Of a stretch of 64,000 nt of DNA, positions 38,021 to 48,125 are shown piece after piece; positions within the stretch are counted from its first letter, which is position 1, and the number at the start of each line of letters is the position of its first letter. Source of the stretch: an uncultured Gammaproteobacteria bacterium. Its GTDB lineage: Bacteria > Patescibacteriota > Patescibacteriia > Magasanikbacterales > GWA2-37-8. The stretch spans positions 48,617 through 112,616 of the forward strand of contig CAZBWU010000001.1 of NCBI GenBank assembly GCA_964496095.1. The letters are read 5' to 3'. The notes below the pieces were generated by a model. It saw only the letters and a program-made list of their open reading frames with translations. It was not told where the DNA came from and searched no databases. Made by a program: the position numbers and the translations under genes.

Positions 38021-38602
38021 TTATTTTACTCCCAGAAGTTTTTGAAGAGCCTTCATTTTTTTTGGGTCTAATTTGGCTTCCAAAAGTTTTACTTTTAAAT
38101 TAGTGGTTTCTTTTTTTGCTAGTATAGTATTTATAAATTTTTCAAAATTAACATACATTAATTTTATTTTTTCTCCACCATCAAGATTTTGTTCAGCTAT
38201 CTTTTTGCAATCTTTAGCAATAAAATAATAAACAACCCAATCAATTTTGCCTACTGGTTGCAAAGCTTCCAATAGAACCCATTCTTTGGCTTGGTAGCCG
38301 GTTTCTTCAAACAGTTCTCGTTTAGCGCCTGCTAAAGCAGTTTCTCCTTCTTCTATTCTGCCAGTAATTAAATCAATGCTAGCCTTTGTGCCGGGTTGAG
38401 ATTCGTTGGCGATAATTATTTTTCCTTCAGGAGTAATCGGTATTACGGTAGCTGTATCTGCTCGTTTTAATCTTTCAAAGGTTTTGGTGCTCCCATCAAA
38501 CATTTTTTGTGGCCATTGATAAACATCAAACATTTCGCCAGTAAAAATTTTTTTGGCATGAGAGGGGGTTGGTTGTTTGGGTTTTGGTCTGGTTATGCGC
38601 AT
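38021..38602 (-). CDS. NUDIX hydrolase (ADP-ribose pyrophosphatase-like)
   Basis: GRIEEGETALAGAKRELFEETG Nudix box. Confidence 0.9.
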   Translation of the reverse strand: MRITRPKPKQPTPSHAKKIFTGEMFDVYQWPQKMFDGSTKTFERLKRADTATVIPITPEGKIIIANESQPGTKASIDLITGRIEEGETALAGAKRELFEETGYQAKEWVLLEALQPVGKIDWVVYYFIAKDCKKIAEQNLDGGEKIKLMYVNFEKFINTILAKKETTNLKVKLLEAKLDPKKMKALQKLLGVK

Positions 38603-38605
38603 ATA

Positions 38606-39151
38606 TTACTTTAATTTTTCAGTGAGCCATTGGCGAATAAGTGTTTGATGGTGTGGTCTGCAATGGTTGCACCACATATCAGGATGTTTTTCCTGTTCTG
38701 ACCAATATTCGTCTATATTCATCCAGCGCACTTCAGTAACTTCACCGTCAGTACCAGCTAGACTAACGCTTGATTCGTTAAATAACAGTGCAAATCGTTC
38801 TGCAAATACTTTTTCTTCTGGTTTTTTAATATCCTCTATTAAAAATAAATCTTCTGCTTGCGCAGTTATGCCAGCCTCCTCTTTGAGTTCATTTATCGCC
38901 GTTTGTATGAATGTGTGATTTTCTTTTACATGACCACCAAAATAACTTTCCCATTTTCCTGGGTTAGCAATATGTAACGCCCGTTTTGAACACAAGATTT
39001 GTCCGGCATTATTTACTACCCAAATACAAGTAATACCATACCAATATTGATTTGGTTTAGCTTTCACGATTGACCGTGGTCTGCCCTCGGTCGGGTTTTT
39101 ATTTTCATCAAAACATTGGAGGATTTCTTCGGTTGGTTGTGGGCTATGCAT
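38606..39151 (-). CDS. NUDIX hydrolase (IDI/YfcD-like)
   Basis: PGKW, GGHV....AINELKEEAG. Confidence 0.85.
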   Translation of the reverse strand: MHSPQPTEEILQCFDENKNPTEGRPRSIVKAKPNQYWYGITCIWVVNNAGQILCSKRALHIANPGKWESYFGGHVKENHTFIQTAINELKEEAGITAQAEDLFLIEDIKKPEEKVFAERFALLFNESSVSLAGTDGEVTEVRWMNIDEYWSEQEKHPDMWCNHCRPHHQTLIRQWLTEKLK

Positions 39152-39161
39152 AGTCGCTCAA

Positions 39162-39794
39162 TTATAAATCTATTCCAAAACCCTGTAAATCCCTTTTTAG
39201 CTGTTCGTTATCTCTAAATAGTATAGGGTGGTAGCCGATTTCTTCGGCTTTTTCTAGGCTCTTACTCGCATCATCTATAAATATTGTTTCTTCTGGTAAA
39301 ACACCGAGTCGTTCAAATAAAACCGCGAAGGCTTCGGCGTCGGGTTTTTGGAAACCAATTTCTGATGACACGACTACTGTATCTAGTAGATTATAAATGC
39401 CTTCTTTTTTTAATTTTTCACTTAGGTCGGTAGTGTAGTTGCTAAGGATTCCAACTTTAAAACCTTTTTGTTTGAGAACTGAGAACCAAGAAATGAGTTC
39501 GGTGTTCAGTCGGGATTTATTTTGCCTTTCTTTTATTATATTTTTAATTTTTTCTTCTGTCTGTTCGTCTTTACTAAACGCAGAAGCGACCCTGATCACC
39601 ACATCTGCAAAATTTTGATTTTGTACATGGGTGAGGTGGTTTTGTTTGAAGTATTCGGTTTGGAATTTTTTTAGAGGAATGTGAAACAATTCGGCAATGG
39701 TAGTAAGAAGCCTTCCAGGCGGGTATAGCTCTATCACGCCGCTAAAATCAAAACCGACAGCCTTTATACGTTTGTTTTTATTAGTATTGTTCAT
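39162..39794 (-). CDS. HAD family phosphatase
   Basis: FDFSGV, ILSN, GFQKP, IFIDD. Confidence 0.85.
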   Translation of the reverse strand: MNNTNKNKRIKAVGFDFSGVIELYPPGRLLTTIAELFHIPLKKFQTEYFKQNHLTHVQNQNFADVVIRVASAFSKDEQTEEKIKNIIKERQNKSRLNTELISWFSVLKQKGFKVGILSNYTTDLSEKLKKEGIYNLLDTVVVSSEIGFQKPDAEAFAVLFERLGVLPEETIFIDDASKSLEKAEEIGYHPILFRDNEQLKRDLQGFGIDL

Positions 39795-40404
39795 TTTGCA
39801 GAATATTAGCGAAGAGGGAAGTTTTAAAATTATATGCACTTGGGTTTATGGTTGGTAAATCTGAAGCTATTAAGTCTGCTAAAAAAAGAAGTATAAGTTC
39901 GAGCGCAATTGAAGGGTGTTGTATAAGTACGCTTTGTACATTTTTAGTAGCGCTGTCTGCATTATTTGAAGCCTCGTGTAGCAGGCCATGATGAGTGATG
40001 ATGTCTGCAATATGTGCTTGTTCAGCAGGAGTAATATCAATTTTTTGGAGTGTTTGATTTTTTACTAATTCGGCACCAGCTTTTTCATGTCCGATGAAAG
40101 CTCCTTCTGCTGTTGGTGTGATGGCCTGTTTGCCAATATCATGCAATAAAGCTGCTATATATACAAGTTCGGCCCTAGAATAGTTGCCTATTTTATTTGC
40201 TAGCTGGCTTTTCGTTTTTGGCCGAACAGTATTAAGTAGTTCTGATATCTTTTGTGCTGTACGGATACAATGATTAAATACGGGGTCGTTTATATGGCCT
40301 GCATTATTTTCAATAATATTTTTAAGCGCATAAAATTCAGGCAACTGATTTGCCAGTTTTCCTGATTGAAGATTTTCTGGGCTACAGTCACTGATTCTGA
40401 GCAT
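39781..40404 (-). CDS. HD domain protein
   Basis: VFNH, ALLHDIGK, GHEKAGA, ITHH, LAD. Confidence 0.85.
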   Translation of the reverse strand: MLRISDCSPENLQSGKLANQLPEFYALKNIIENNAGHINDPVFNHCIRTAQKISELLNTVRPKTKSQLANKIGNYSRAELVYIAALLHDIGKQAITPTAEGAFIGHEKAGAELVKNQTLQKIDITPAEQAHIADIITHHGLLHEASNNADSATKNVQSVLIQHPSIALELILLFLADLIASDLPTINPSAYNFKTSLFANILQNEQY

Positions 40405-40410
40405 AGGCTA

Positions 40411-40650
40411 TTATTTTTTCACCACCACAATTGTGCATTTGGTGACTAGCGCGGTAATAGCACCTACAGCCGCAAGGACTGGAAGTAAAATAGCGCCGAC
40501 GGCTCCCCAAGTAAGAGGGATTTCCAAGACGTTTTCGCCTTTTTCATTTTTGATAATTATTTTGCGAGCATTGCCTGCTTCGATAATTTCTTTAACTTTG
40601 GCTTTGATTTCACTGCCGGAAACTTTGAATTCCTCTTGTTCTTCGGTCAT
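40411..40650 (-). CDS. DUF4342-like small protein
   Basis: KVKEIIEAGNARKIIIK...LEIPLT.G...PVLAAVGAI. Confidence 0.8.
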   Translation of the reverse strand: MTEEQEEFKVSGSEIKAKVKEIIEAGNARKIIIKNEKGENVLEIPLTWGAVGAILLPVLAAVGAITALVTKCTIVVVKK

Positions 40651-40684
40651 ATGTTTTGGGTTATGTGAATTAATTTAGGATAAA

Positions 40685-41104
40685 TTATTTAGTATGGCTA
40701 TCTAGCGCGTCTGAGTTCTGACTAGGACTTTTATTTGGTAAGAGGGTAATTGCAAAACAAAGCATGAAGAAGACTAGCAGTGGAGTATGTATAAATTCTG
40801 GGACAATTCGATTGAATGAGTTAGCAGCCGTTCCACTCTCATCTTGTTTTACATAAGTAAGCATACCAACCATCATGCCACTTAACACCTGGGCGATGTG
40901 ACGAATAGTCGGTTTTTGTAAAAACCTTGACTCAAGAATAAATTTGCGTAAACCGAGCCAAGTTAATAAAAAAAAGATAAGCGCTAGTATGAAGATTGTG
41001 ACCAATCCAAAGGTAGAATCAAAAGAGTTCAATAATATAGATTTGATCATACTGATAGGCTTAATTTGTAAAATAACCATACCATAGGGCTGGTATTCAA
41101 ACAA
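40685..41104 (-). CDS. Hypothetical membrane protein
   Basis: 3 hydrophobic segments; likely start 41050. Confidence 0.55.
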   Translation of the reverse strand: MFEYQPYGMVILQIKPISMIKSILLNSFDSTFGLVTIFILALIFFLLTWLGLRKFILESRFLQKPTIRHIAQVLSGMMVGMLTYVKQDESGTAANSFNRIVPEFIHTPLLVFFMLCFAITLLPNKSPSQNSDALDSHTK

Positions 41105-41122
41105 GAGTATTCTAGGTTAGAA

Positions 41123-41794
41123 TTATTTTTTAGAAGGTATTATTTGGCCGTCGGATAAGTATATTGTTCTTTCTGTCATTTTGCCGTATTCAGGTTCGTG
41201 GGTCACCATTACGATAGTTTGCCCTTGCTTGTGCAAGTCTAAGAATATATTCATTACTGATAAGCCTATTTCACTATCTAGGTTTGCGGTTGGTTCATCT
41301 GCAAAAATAATTTTTGGCTTGTGAGCGATGGCGCGAGCGATAGAGACTCTTTGTTGTTCACCACCCGACAGTTGTCCTGGGGTATTATCTTTTTTGTTTG
41401 CTAAACCCATTTTTTCTAGAGCTTCCATAGCTATTTTTTTAGCCTGCTTATGTGAATATCCTTGCATAAGCAAAGGGACCATCGTATTTTCGATAGCAGT
41501 TAGTTCTGGTAATATGGCATAATCTTGAAAAACATAGCCCAGCTCCATCAGTCTAAAATGCACTCTCTGTTTTGAAGTAAGGCGAGTGGTATTAACTCCG
41601 TCAATAATTATTTCACCTTCATCTGGATGGTCTAGGAGGCCCAACTGATAAAGCAAGGTACTTTTACCCGCCCCGGATCTTCCCATAATAGAAACAAATT
41701 CACCGTTGGCTACGTTTAGATCTATTCCTTTTAGAATATTAGTTTCAGTGGTTTTGGTTTTAATTTTTTTGACAATATTTTTTGCTTCAATCAT
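41123..41794 (-). CDS. ABC transporter ATP-binding protein (LolD/MacB-type)
   Basis: GRSGAGKST, LSGGEQQRV, FADEPTANLD, VTH. Confidence 0.95.
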   Translation of the reverse strand: MIEAKNIVKKIKTKTTETNILKGIDLNVANGEFVSIMGRSGAGKSTLLYQLGLLDHPDEGEIIIDGVNTTRLTSKQRVHFRLMELGYVFQDYAILPELTAIENTMVPLLMQGYSHKQAKKIAMEALEKMGLANKKDNTPGQLSGGEQQRVSIARAIAHKPKIIFADEPTANLDSEIGLSVMNIFLDLHKQGQTIVMVTHEPEYGKMTERTIYLSDGQIIPSKK

Positions 41795-41798
41795 ATAT

Positions 41799-43070
41799 TT
41801 AATTTCTACCTAAAATAGAATCTAGGGTATTTTTTCTAATAACAAGCCAAGCAGGAAGAAAGCCTGCAATCAGAGCTGTAAACATTATTATACTGACGCG
41901 GACGGCCGTGCCAAAATATGGAGCAACGAGAATACCGTCAGAGAAAGGGAAGTTTATAGGATGGACATCAACGTATGGTTTTAAAAATCCGTAGAGTAAT
42001 ATCAAGCCAATAATAATGCCTAGAGCCGCATATAAAACCGAGAGCATGATGTAAGAAATAATGATGGCTTTGCCATCAACTCCCACACCTTTGAGGATGC
42101 CGATAAACTTTCGGCGAGTAATGGCGTTGATAAAAATAACAATAAATAAAGTGATGGTAGCGACAACAAGTCCGATACTGCCGATAATATTACCAAGTAG
42201 TTCGAAGGTAAAAGAAATATCTTTAAAAAATTTACCTTGAGACTCTTCGGATGTTTGGATGGTAGCTAGTTTATCAATTGAAAGCGCGAGTAATTTGTTT
42301 TTAAGCTCAATTTCGGATGTTCCGTTAGTGGTTTTGATAGCAATTTCATCTACATTATAGTCGGGTCGACCGGCAAGTTGACGCAATTCTCTGTTAATAA
42401 AGTAGATACGACGATTTGTTTGGTCTATTTTACTTTTAACAATTCCTTTAACAGTAAATTCTTTTTGAACATCGCCGATGTTTATTTTTATTTTGGTGCC
42501 TGGTTCTACCCCTTTTATTGTCTGTTCTCCATTAATATTTCCATTTAAAAATTCTTCCAACAAACCGCTTCCAATTATGATTTGTCCGTTATCTCCAGGT
42601 TCAAAATATTTTCCCTTGATAACAAATTTGGATAGACTGCTCAAGGAGTCTTCGGAAATAGGATCTACGCCAGCCAAGATAGCGCCAGCTTGATCGGGAA
42701 GCTCGGCAAAGTTTGTTCTATTTTTGTAATTAGCTTCTACTATTGCCGCTTCTAAGATGCGACCCGAAAAAGCTTTAACTCCGTCGGTATTTTCTATAAG
42801 GTTTAAAATTTGAGTAGAGTTCTGGATAAAAGCTTTGTTTGGTAAGTTGGTAATCAAAACATCTCCAGAGTATTGCGACACATAGGCATTAGATGATCCG
42901 GTAATAAGCCCAACAAGAATTCCATTTACCACCACTACGTTAAGGAATGTAAATGTCATGACTAGGATCGTTAGAGGTGTGGTCCAACGACTACCTCTTT
43001 TTAGGTTGCGCCAAGCTAAAAAATGACCAACCCGGATAGAAATAAAAAATTTGTTTAGCCAAAAGCTCAT
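41799..43070 (-). CDS. FtsX/LolE-like ABC permease
   Basis: N-terminal TM, large extracytoplasmic loop, IGILKGVG, 3 C-terminal TMs. Confidence 0.9.
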   Translation of the reverse strand: MSFWLNKFFISIRVGHFLAWRNLKRGSRWTTPLTILVMTFTFLNVVVVNGILVGLITGSSNAYVSQYSGDVLITNLPNKAFIQNSTQILNLIENTDGVKAFSGRILEAAIVEANYKNRTNFAELPDQAGAILAGVDPISEDSLSSLSKFVIKGKYFEPGDNGQIIIGSGLLEEFLNGNINGEQTIKGVEPGTKIKINIGDVQKEFTVKGIVKSKIDQTNRRIYFINRELRQLAGRPDYNVDEIAIKTTNGTSEIELKNKLLALSIDKLATIQTSEESQGKFFKDISFTFELLGNIIGSIGLVVATITLFIVIFINAITRRKFIGILKGVGVDGKAIIISYIMLSVLYAALGIIIGLILLYGFLKPYVDVHPINFPFSDGILVAPYFGTAVRVSIIMFTALIAGFLPAWLVIRKNTLDSILGRN

Positions 43071-43248
43071 AATAGGGTATTTAACGATTTTATAAAGGGA
43101 CTTTCCTTAAGTTTAAGTAAGATTATACTAGCATCTTTTAGGAATTTATTATAGTGAGTAGGCTTTTTATTAGAGTGCGGATGTAGGGAGAGAATTGTTT
43201 GCTATTGTGTTCTAATAGGACTACAGTAGGATAAGTGTAATTACTTAT

Positions 43249-43926
43249 ATGAAAATAATATTTTTTTCTGCTGACAAAGTGTTAATCTGGTTGCATGCTA
43301 AAACCAAACTATTTAGTGATTTGGTGGCAATGCTTTTTGTTTCCGCTTCGTTGCTTTTGTGGTTGCTTCCAGCCAGACTAATCCCTGATTTTTATGATCG
43401 GTATTATATGAGTGTGGCCTCTATACTTGGAGTGGCGATAATTTATGTATTACCAAGATTATTTCGAGTGGCTAGCGATATGCCTGGAGCAATAGAAAAA
43501 AACAAAGCGGTAGATTATTTTCAACTACTTTTGACAGGTGTTATTTTTGCCAATGCTTTGGGTGAGTTTGGTCTTTATCAGCTATATAAAATTGGTTTTG
43601 AGTTTGATAAATTTTTGCACTTGGGAATTTCTTTTTTGAGTGTGCTTATCTTGCCTAGGCTAGTAGAGCCGCATTATGGCATACCTCGGATGAGGGCAAT
43701 GTGGTTGGTTTTTTTGTTTATTTTTTGTGGAGGGTTTGTTTGGGAGTTATATGAATTTTTGACTGACCTTATTCTTGGTACTCATCTGTTTGGGGTGTAT
43801 CAGGGCAATATAACGCAGGATACAAAAATGGATGTCCTGTGTAATATAATAGGAGCAACATTGGGATTGATGCTGGGGTGGGTAAGAATGAGGAAAGAGA
43901 AAATTGTTAGAAGATCTTTATTGTAG
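43249..43926 (+). CDS. DUF2238-like membrane protein
   Basis: FDKFLH...WELYEF...DTKMD metal-binding-like motifs in TMs. Confidence 0.7.
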   Translation: MKIIFFSADKVLIWLHAKTKLFSDLVAMLFVSASLLLWLLPARLIPDFYDRYYMSVASILGVAIIYVLPRLFRVASDMPGAIEKNKAVDYFQLLLTGVIFANALGEFGLYQLYKIGFEFDKFLHLGISFLSVLILPRLVEPHYGIPRMRAMWLVFLFIFCGGFVWELYEFLTDLILGTHLFGVYQGNITQDTKMDVLCNIIGATLGLMLGWVRMRKEKIVRRSLL

Positions 43927-44289
43927 GGGAGTGTTTGCTTTTTTTCTCAATCCAAAAATTAATGGAATAGTGAAGGTTAGTATATAGTACAAGTAAACAT
44001 CCAATTTATAATATCCATCTGCCGGTTTTAACATTTTGACTATAAAAATATAGTCCAGAATTATGGCCATGAGTGCCCAAACTACGGCTAAAAGTAAGAA
44101 CTCTTTCGGTGTTTGAATTTTGATTTTTTTAAACAAGACCCAAAGGGTAAAAGCGATACCAAAAGGCATTATGGCCCAGCCAAGCAAAGCAGGAGGGACA
44201 AATGCAAAAAATAAAAAGCCGAGAATATAGCCAAATAGCCAAAGAATAAACCCCCAACCAAACGCACCTTTGTAGAATTGTTGGTTCAT
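43918..44289 (-). CDS. Hypothetical membrane protein
   Basis: 4 TM-like segments. Confidence 0.7.
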   Translation of the reverse strand: MNQQFYKGAFGWGFILWLFGYILGFLFFAFVPPALLGWAIMPFGIAFTLWVLFKKIKIQTPKEFLLLAVVWALMAIILDYIFIVKMLKPADGYYKLDVYLYYILTFTIPLIFGLRKKANTPLQ

Positions 44290-44338
44290 ATTTTTAAATT
44301 AAAAATTAGCTATTATTATAATATCACTTTTGTTGTTT

Positions 44339-45532
44339 TTATTTAAGTTCAGCCAACGCCTTTTTTATCCGACCAAGTGCTTCTGTGAGTTTGTCTTGAG
44401 ATATAGCGTATGACAAACGAACATAATTATCATCACCAAAAGCAGAACCCGGGACCAGAGCCACATGAGCCTGGTCAAGAAGATATGAACACAAATCAGT
44501 ACTACTGTTTATCATATTTGTGCCATCTGATTTGCCAAAGTAATAACTGATATCTGGGAAAATATAAAATGCGCCTTGTGGGGTGTTTGTTTTTAATCCT
44601 GGAATTTGTCGCAGTATGTATAGTGCTAAGTCCCGACGTTTTTTGAATTCATTGCGCATTGGCTGGATTGTCTGGGGGTCCATTTCCATAGCAGTACGAG
44701 TTGCCTTTTGGGAGATGGAAGATGTGTTTGAAGTAATTTGTCCTTGCAGTTTGTCGCAGGCTTTGGCAATCCACACTGGCGCTCCCATAAAACCGACACG
44801 CCAACCTGTCATCGCGAAACTTTTGGAAACGCCATTGATAGTAATGACTCGGTCTTTGATAAAATCAAACTGAGCAATACTTTCATGTCCGCCAGCAAAA
44901 TTTATGTGTTCATATATTTCGTCAGACAAAATATATAGTTCGGGAAATTCTGCAACGACTTCGGCAATGGCTTTTAATTCATCTCTCGAATACACGCTTC
45001 CGGTCGGGTTGCATGGTGTGCTAAGTATTAGCATTTTTGTTTTTGGGGTAATGGCAGATCGCAGTTGTGCGGGAGTGATTTTGAAATCTTGACTAATGTC
45101 ACTTTTAATAATTACCGGTACACCTTCGGCCAACTTTATTAATTCAATATAGCTTACCCAATATGGAGAAGGCACAATTACTTCGTCGCCAGGATTAATC
45201 ATAGTGAGTATGACATTGGCGATACTTTGTTTGGCGCCGGTAGAAACTACGATTTGGTCAGCCGTGTAATCAAGATTATTATCGCGTTTGAATTTTTTGC
45301 TTATGGATTCACGTAGCTCAAGATATCCAGAGACATCGGTGTAGTGGCTAAAATTTTGGTCAATGGCTTTTTTGCCAGAGTCTTTGATAATTTGGGGAGT
45401 ATCAAAATCAGGCTCACCCAGACTGAGGTTGATAATATCTATGCCTTGGCTTTTTAGTTCACGGCTTTTGCGTGCCATGGCGATAGTCTGAGATTCGGAG
45501 AGGTTGTTGATTCGGTTGGCTAGGGAGGGCAT
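44339..45532 (-). CDS. aspC: Class I PLP-dependent (aspartate) aminotransferase
   Basis: LGEPDFDTP, GAKQ, PCNPTG, SDEIYE, GVSKSFAMTGWRVG, VRLSYA. Confidence 0.9.
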   Translation of the reverse strand: MPSLANRINNLSESQTIAMARKSRELKSQGIDIINLSLGEPDFDTPQIIKDSGKKAIDQNFSHYTDVSGYLELRESISKKFKRDNNLDYTADQIVVSTGAKQSIANVILTMINPGDEVIVPSPYWVSYIELIKLAEGVPVIIKSDISQDFKITPAQLRSAITPKTKMLILSTPCNPTGSVYSRDELKAIAEVVAEFPELYILSDEIYEHINFAGGHESIAQFDFIKDRVITINGVSKSFAMTGWRVGFMGAPVWIAKACDKLQGQITSNTSSISQKATRTAMEMDPQTIQPMRNEFKKRRDLALYILRQIPGLKTNTPQGAFYIFPDISYYFGKSDGTNMINSSTDLCSYLLDQAHVALVPGSAFGDDNYVRLSYAISQDKLTEALGRIKKALAELK

Positions 45533-45569
45533 ATCAAATAGACAATAGGAAGATTAATTGAAATAATTA

Positions 45570-46082
45570 TTAAACTTTTTTGCCCAGTATTTTTCCTAAC
45601 TTTCTACTACTTTTTTCTCTGATTTTTAAGATTACTCGTTTTGAAATAGTCTTAACGCCGGCTTTTTCCCACTGATTTTTATTTTCATTATATCTTGCTA
45701 GCACAGTTATGTTAGAAAAATCATCCGGATTTAATTCGTCTGATTCAGACCTGGTAATGGCGGTAAACTCCATCTCCCCAATATCTTCGCCATAGTCTCC
45801 TTTAGCTGTATACGTATACATAATTTTTTTAGTACCCCTTGCTTCAGCTATTTCTTTTTTTACTAGTATATTAAGGTAGGTTAAATTTTCCTGATCATCA
45901 GTTTCGCCTTCTACGTGCTCTAAGTCAAAATCGTCAACAGATAAATCATCGTCTTTGGCTAGTAATTCAATTTCTCTCAAAACTTCTTCGACGGTAAAAT
46001 CTCGTGTTTCTTTAGGTCCTTTTGACTCTATTAAGATTGATTCTCCTATTATTGGAACCGGTTTAAATTTATTATCCAACAT
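45570..46082 (-). CDS. Acidic hypothetical protein
   Basis: 170-aa ORF with acidic core and basic tail. Confidence 0.65.
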   Translation of the reverse strand: MLDNKFKPVPIIGESILIESKGPKETRDFTVEEVLREIELLAKDDDLSVDDFDLEHVEGETDDQENLTYLNILVKKEIAEARGTKKIMYTYTAKGDYGEDIGEMEFTAITRSESDELNPDDFSNITVLARYNENKNQWEKAGVKTISKRVILKIREKSSRKLGKILGKKV

Positions 46083-46180
46083 ATTTTTTTGTATTAAAAA
46101 TGATTATTTTTATAGATAAGGATTGGGTAAATATTGGTCATAAATTTTTTATGAAGATGAGATTAATAAAACAATAAAAT

Positions 46181-47500
46181 CTATTCTTTCTCATTAGTAA
46201 AGACCCTTTTCTCTAGTCTATCAAAACCATAGTTTGGCGAGAAGTGTTCTTTAAAAAGTTGCATTGCCGGTTCGCCGGCATATTCTTTTCCACGTGACGC
46301 ATAATGCATAGCCAGGATCATTTCTTCAGGCTCGCCGACACAATCAAGCGGTTTGAATCCTTCGATACCGAGGATACGCCTAAAGGATGGAAGCAGGCGC
46401 TTTCTAGTATAGAGGTCAGCGCCAAAGATACTCACCAATTCTTTTTTTGGTAGAAACGCCGAGAAGCAGGCAAAGAGGAATACACACTTGGGGCACCTCT
46501 TGCACCAGTAGTTCGTAGGCGATAGGAGCTGGACGAAGCGCGGTTCCCAAAAATAGGCATTGCAACTGGTGACATTGTAGAGATATTTAGGATAACGAAC
46601 AAAGCGCTTTACGATTTCAAGCTCGCTGTACTGGCGCAAGAGCGAGTGGGTGGAGATACCGGGTGTGATGAAGGACTGAATATAATCGTTGATCATCTTT
46701 TCTGCTTCGGAAGATTTGCACCATTGATGATTTACCGGTAAGCCGAGGTAGGTGAGATTGCCAAAATCAGAACTGCGTTCGTTGGAAAAAATAATTGAGT
46801 TATATCCGAGAAGTTCGGCAAGCAAGGTGGCGATAAATGTGAACGTGGAGACAGATGGATATGCACTCGACATGAGCCAGCCTATGAGCGGATCATGGCG
46901 ACGGGTGACGCTGATAGTGTTGGCGCCGACAAGTTTGGCAATGCGTTTGTGCGCAGGTGTTGGGGCAAAAGCGAAATAATCAAATGGCGTACCTGAGGCT
47001 TTTAATATTTCAGCGGAGAGAATAGAGTCTTTGCCTGCCCCATTTAACAGTAATGCTCGCGAAGGAAGCTCAATTCGCGTAGGTGTAGGGGCGGTAGTAG
47101 TATCATTATAGGGAAAGGCAATAAGGTTGCGGAAATCGATTTTCCTGGTAAAGAAAAATTCCCCGAGGCCATTCAAATAGAGCGAGTCCCAGAATTGTGC
47201 CTGTTCACGGGTGAGGGTAAATCCTTCGATGCGGATGTTGCTGGTGCGAAAAACAGACCAGTAGTTGATGCCAAGCATGAGAAGGATCGCTTGTAGGTTT
47301 GGCTCCAGTACGGCCTTGGGTATCTTCTCCCACAGTTCCGGTTTCACGTCTTTGAAAAATAGTCGGTCAGTAAAAGTCTTAGCTATACCGAATTTAAATT
47401 CAACACGATAGGTAAAAGTGACGATTGAACGTTTGGCATCAACTTTGTATGTGCCAAAAGTGAAGGACGATACGCCTAGTAATTTTGTGAGGCTGAGCAT
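46181..47500 (-). CDS. murL: MurL-like UDP-MurNAc-L-Ala-L-Glu epimerase
   Basis: PP-loop-like GAGKDS, YLNGLGEFF, SNERSS, NHQWCKS, WCKRCPKC, KPLDCVG. Confidence 0.75.
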   Translation of the reverse strand: MLSLTKLLGVSSFTFGTYKVDAKRSIVTFTYRVEFKFGIAKTFTDRLFFKDVKPELWEKIPKAVLEPNLQAILLMLGINYWSVFRTSNIRIEGFTLTREQAQFWDSLYLNGLGEFFFTRKIDFRNLIAFPYNDTTTAPTPTRIELPSRALLLNGAGKDSILSAEILKASGTPFDYFAFAPTPAHKRIAKLVGANTISVTRRHDPLIGWLMSSAYPSVSTFTFIATLLAELLGYNSIIFSNERSSDFGNLTYLGLPVNHQWCKSSEAEKMINDYIQSFITPGISTHSLLRQYSELEIVKRFVRYPKYLYNVTSCNAYFWEPRFVQLLSPTNYWCKRCPKCVFLFACFSAFLPKKELVSIFGADLYTRKRLLPSFRRILGIEGFKPLDCVGEPEEMILAMHYASRGKEYAGEPAMQLFKEHFSPNYGFDRLEKRVFTNEKE

Positions 47501-47518
47501 TTTGGTTGTTTTATTTTT

Positions 47519-47872
47519 TTAAAAACGAAGCCAAGTTCCAAGATTTCTTTTTTTCATCTTCCAATATGTGGTAGGCGAACAATTTTCAAGCTGAAGATGG
47601 AGTTCGGTATTGACAGAAGGATCTGTTCTATCTACCATCCCTTCCCAGACCGTTTCAATTTTGTGGCCGTTCTTGTCGTAATAATCATTAGCGCACTCAT
47701 CCATGCCACACCCGCGTTCAACTATAATTAGCTGTTTACTGACAATTTCCTGGCACGTTTCATAATTTGAATTTTTTAATCTAAAATAGAAGTGGGAACC
47801 TTGTGAAAAAAGTACCAACAATATTAGTACCACACAAAGAATAAGGGCAGCTTTTTTTATAATTTTAATCAT
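47519..47872 (-). CDS. Hypothetical exported protein
   Basis: Signal/TM N-terminus, several Cys. Confidence 0.6.
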   Translation of the reverse strand: MIKIIKKAALILCVVLILLVLFSQGSHFYFRLKNSNYETCQEIVSKQLIIVERGCGMDECANDYYDKNGHKIETVWEGMVDRTDPSVNTELHLQLENCSPTTYWKMKKRNLGTWLRF

Positions 47873-47994
47873 GTTGATTTATATAAAAGTATCTTAAATT
47901 ATATCATTTAAAAATATTTAGTGAAATAAGTAGCAAAATTTAGCAGGAGAGTATAAGTGTAAAAACATTCATTAAGTTAGAGTGTTTTTATTTG

Positions 47995-48066
47995 CTCTGG
48001 GGGCTGGGATCGAACCAGCGAAATCCACGTTAACAGCGTGGCGTTGTACCACTCAACTACCCCAGA
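47995..48066 (-). tRNA. tRNA-Asn (GTT), CCA not encoded
   Basis: TCTGGGG-TA-GTTG.AGTGGTA.CAAC-G-CCACG.CTGTTAA.CGTGG-ATTTC-GCTGG.TTCGATC.CCAGC-CCCCAGA-G; U1-A72, discriminator G. Confidence 0.97.
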
Positions 48067-48074
48067 AAGTATTT

Positions 48075-48125
48075 AAAAAGCCCGCTTGTGGCGGGCATAG
48101 TTTGTTATACAAAACTACACCTGCC
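48075..48125 (-). terminator. Attenuator (terminator plus overlapping antiterminator) upstream of tRNA-Asn
   Basis: GCCCGC-CACAA-GCGGGC-TTTTT versus GGCAGGTGTAGTTTTGT/ACAAACTATGCCCGCC. Confidence 0.85.

Noticed and set aside
43918-48066. Prophage or integrative element at tRNA-Asn
   Set aside because: No integrase, phage genes or duplicated tRNA 3' end found by eye.
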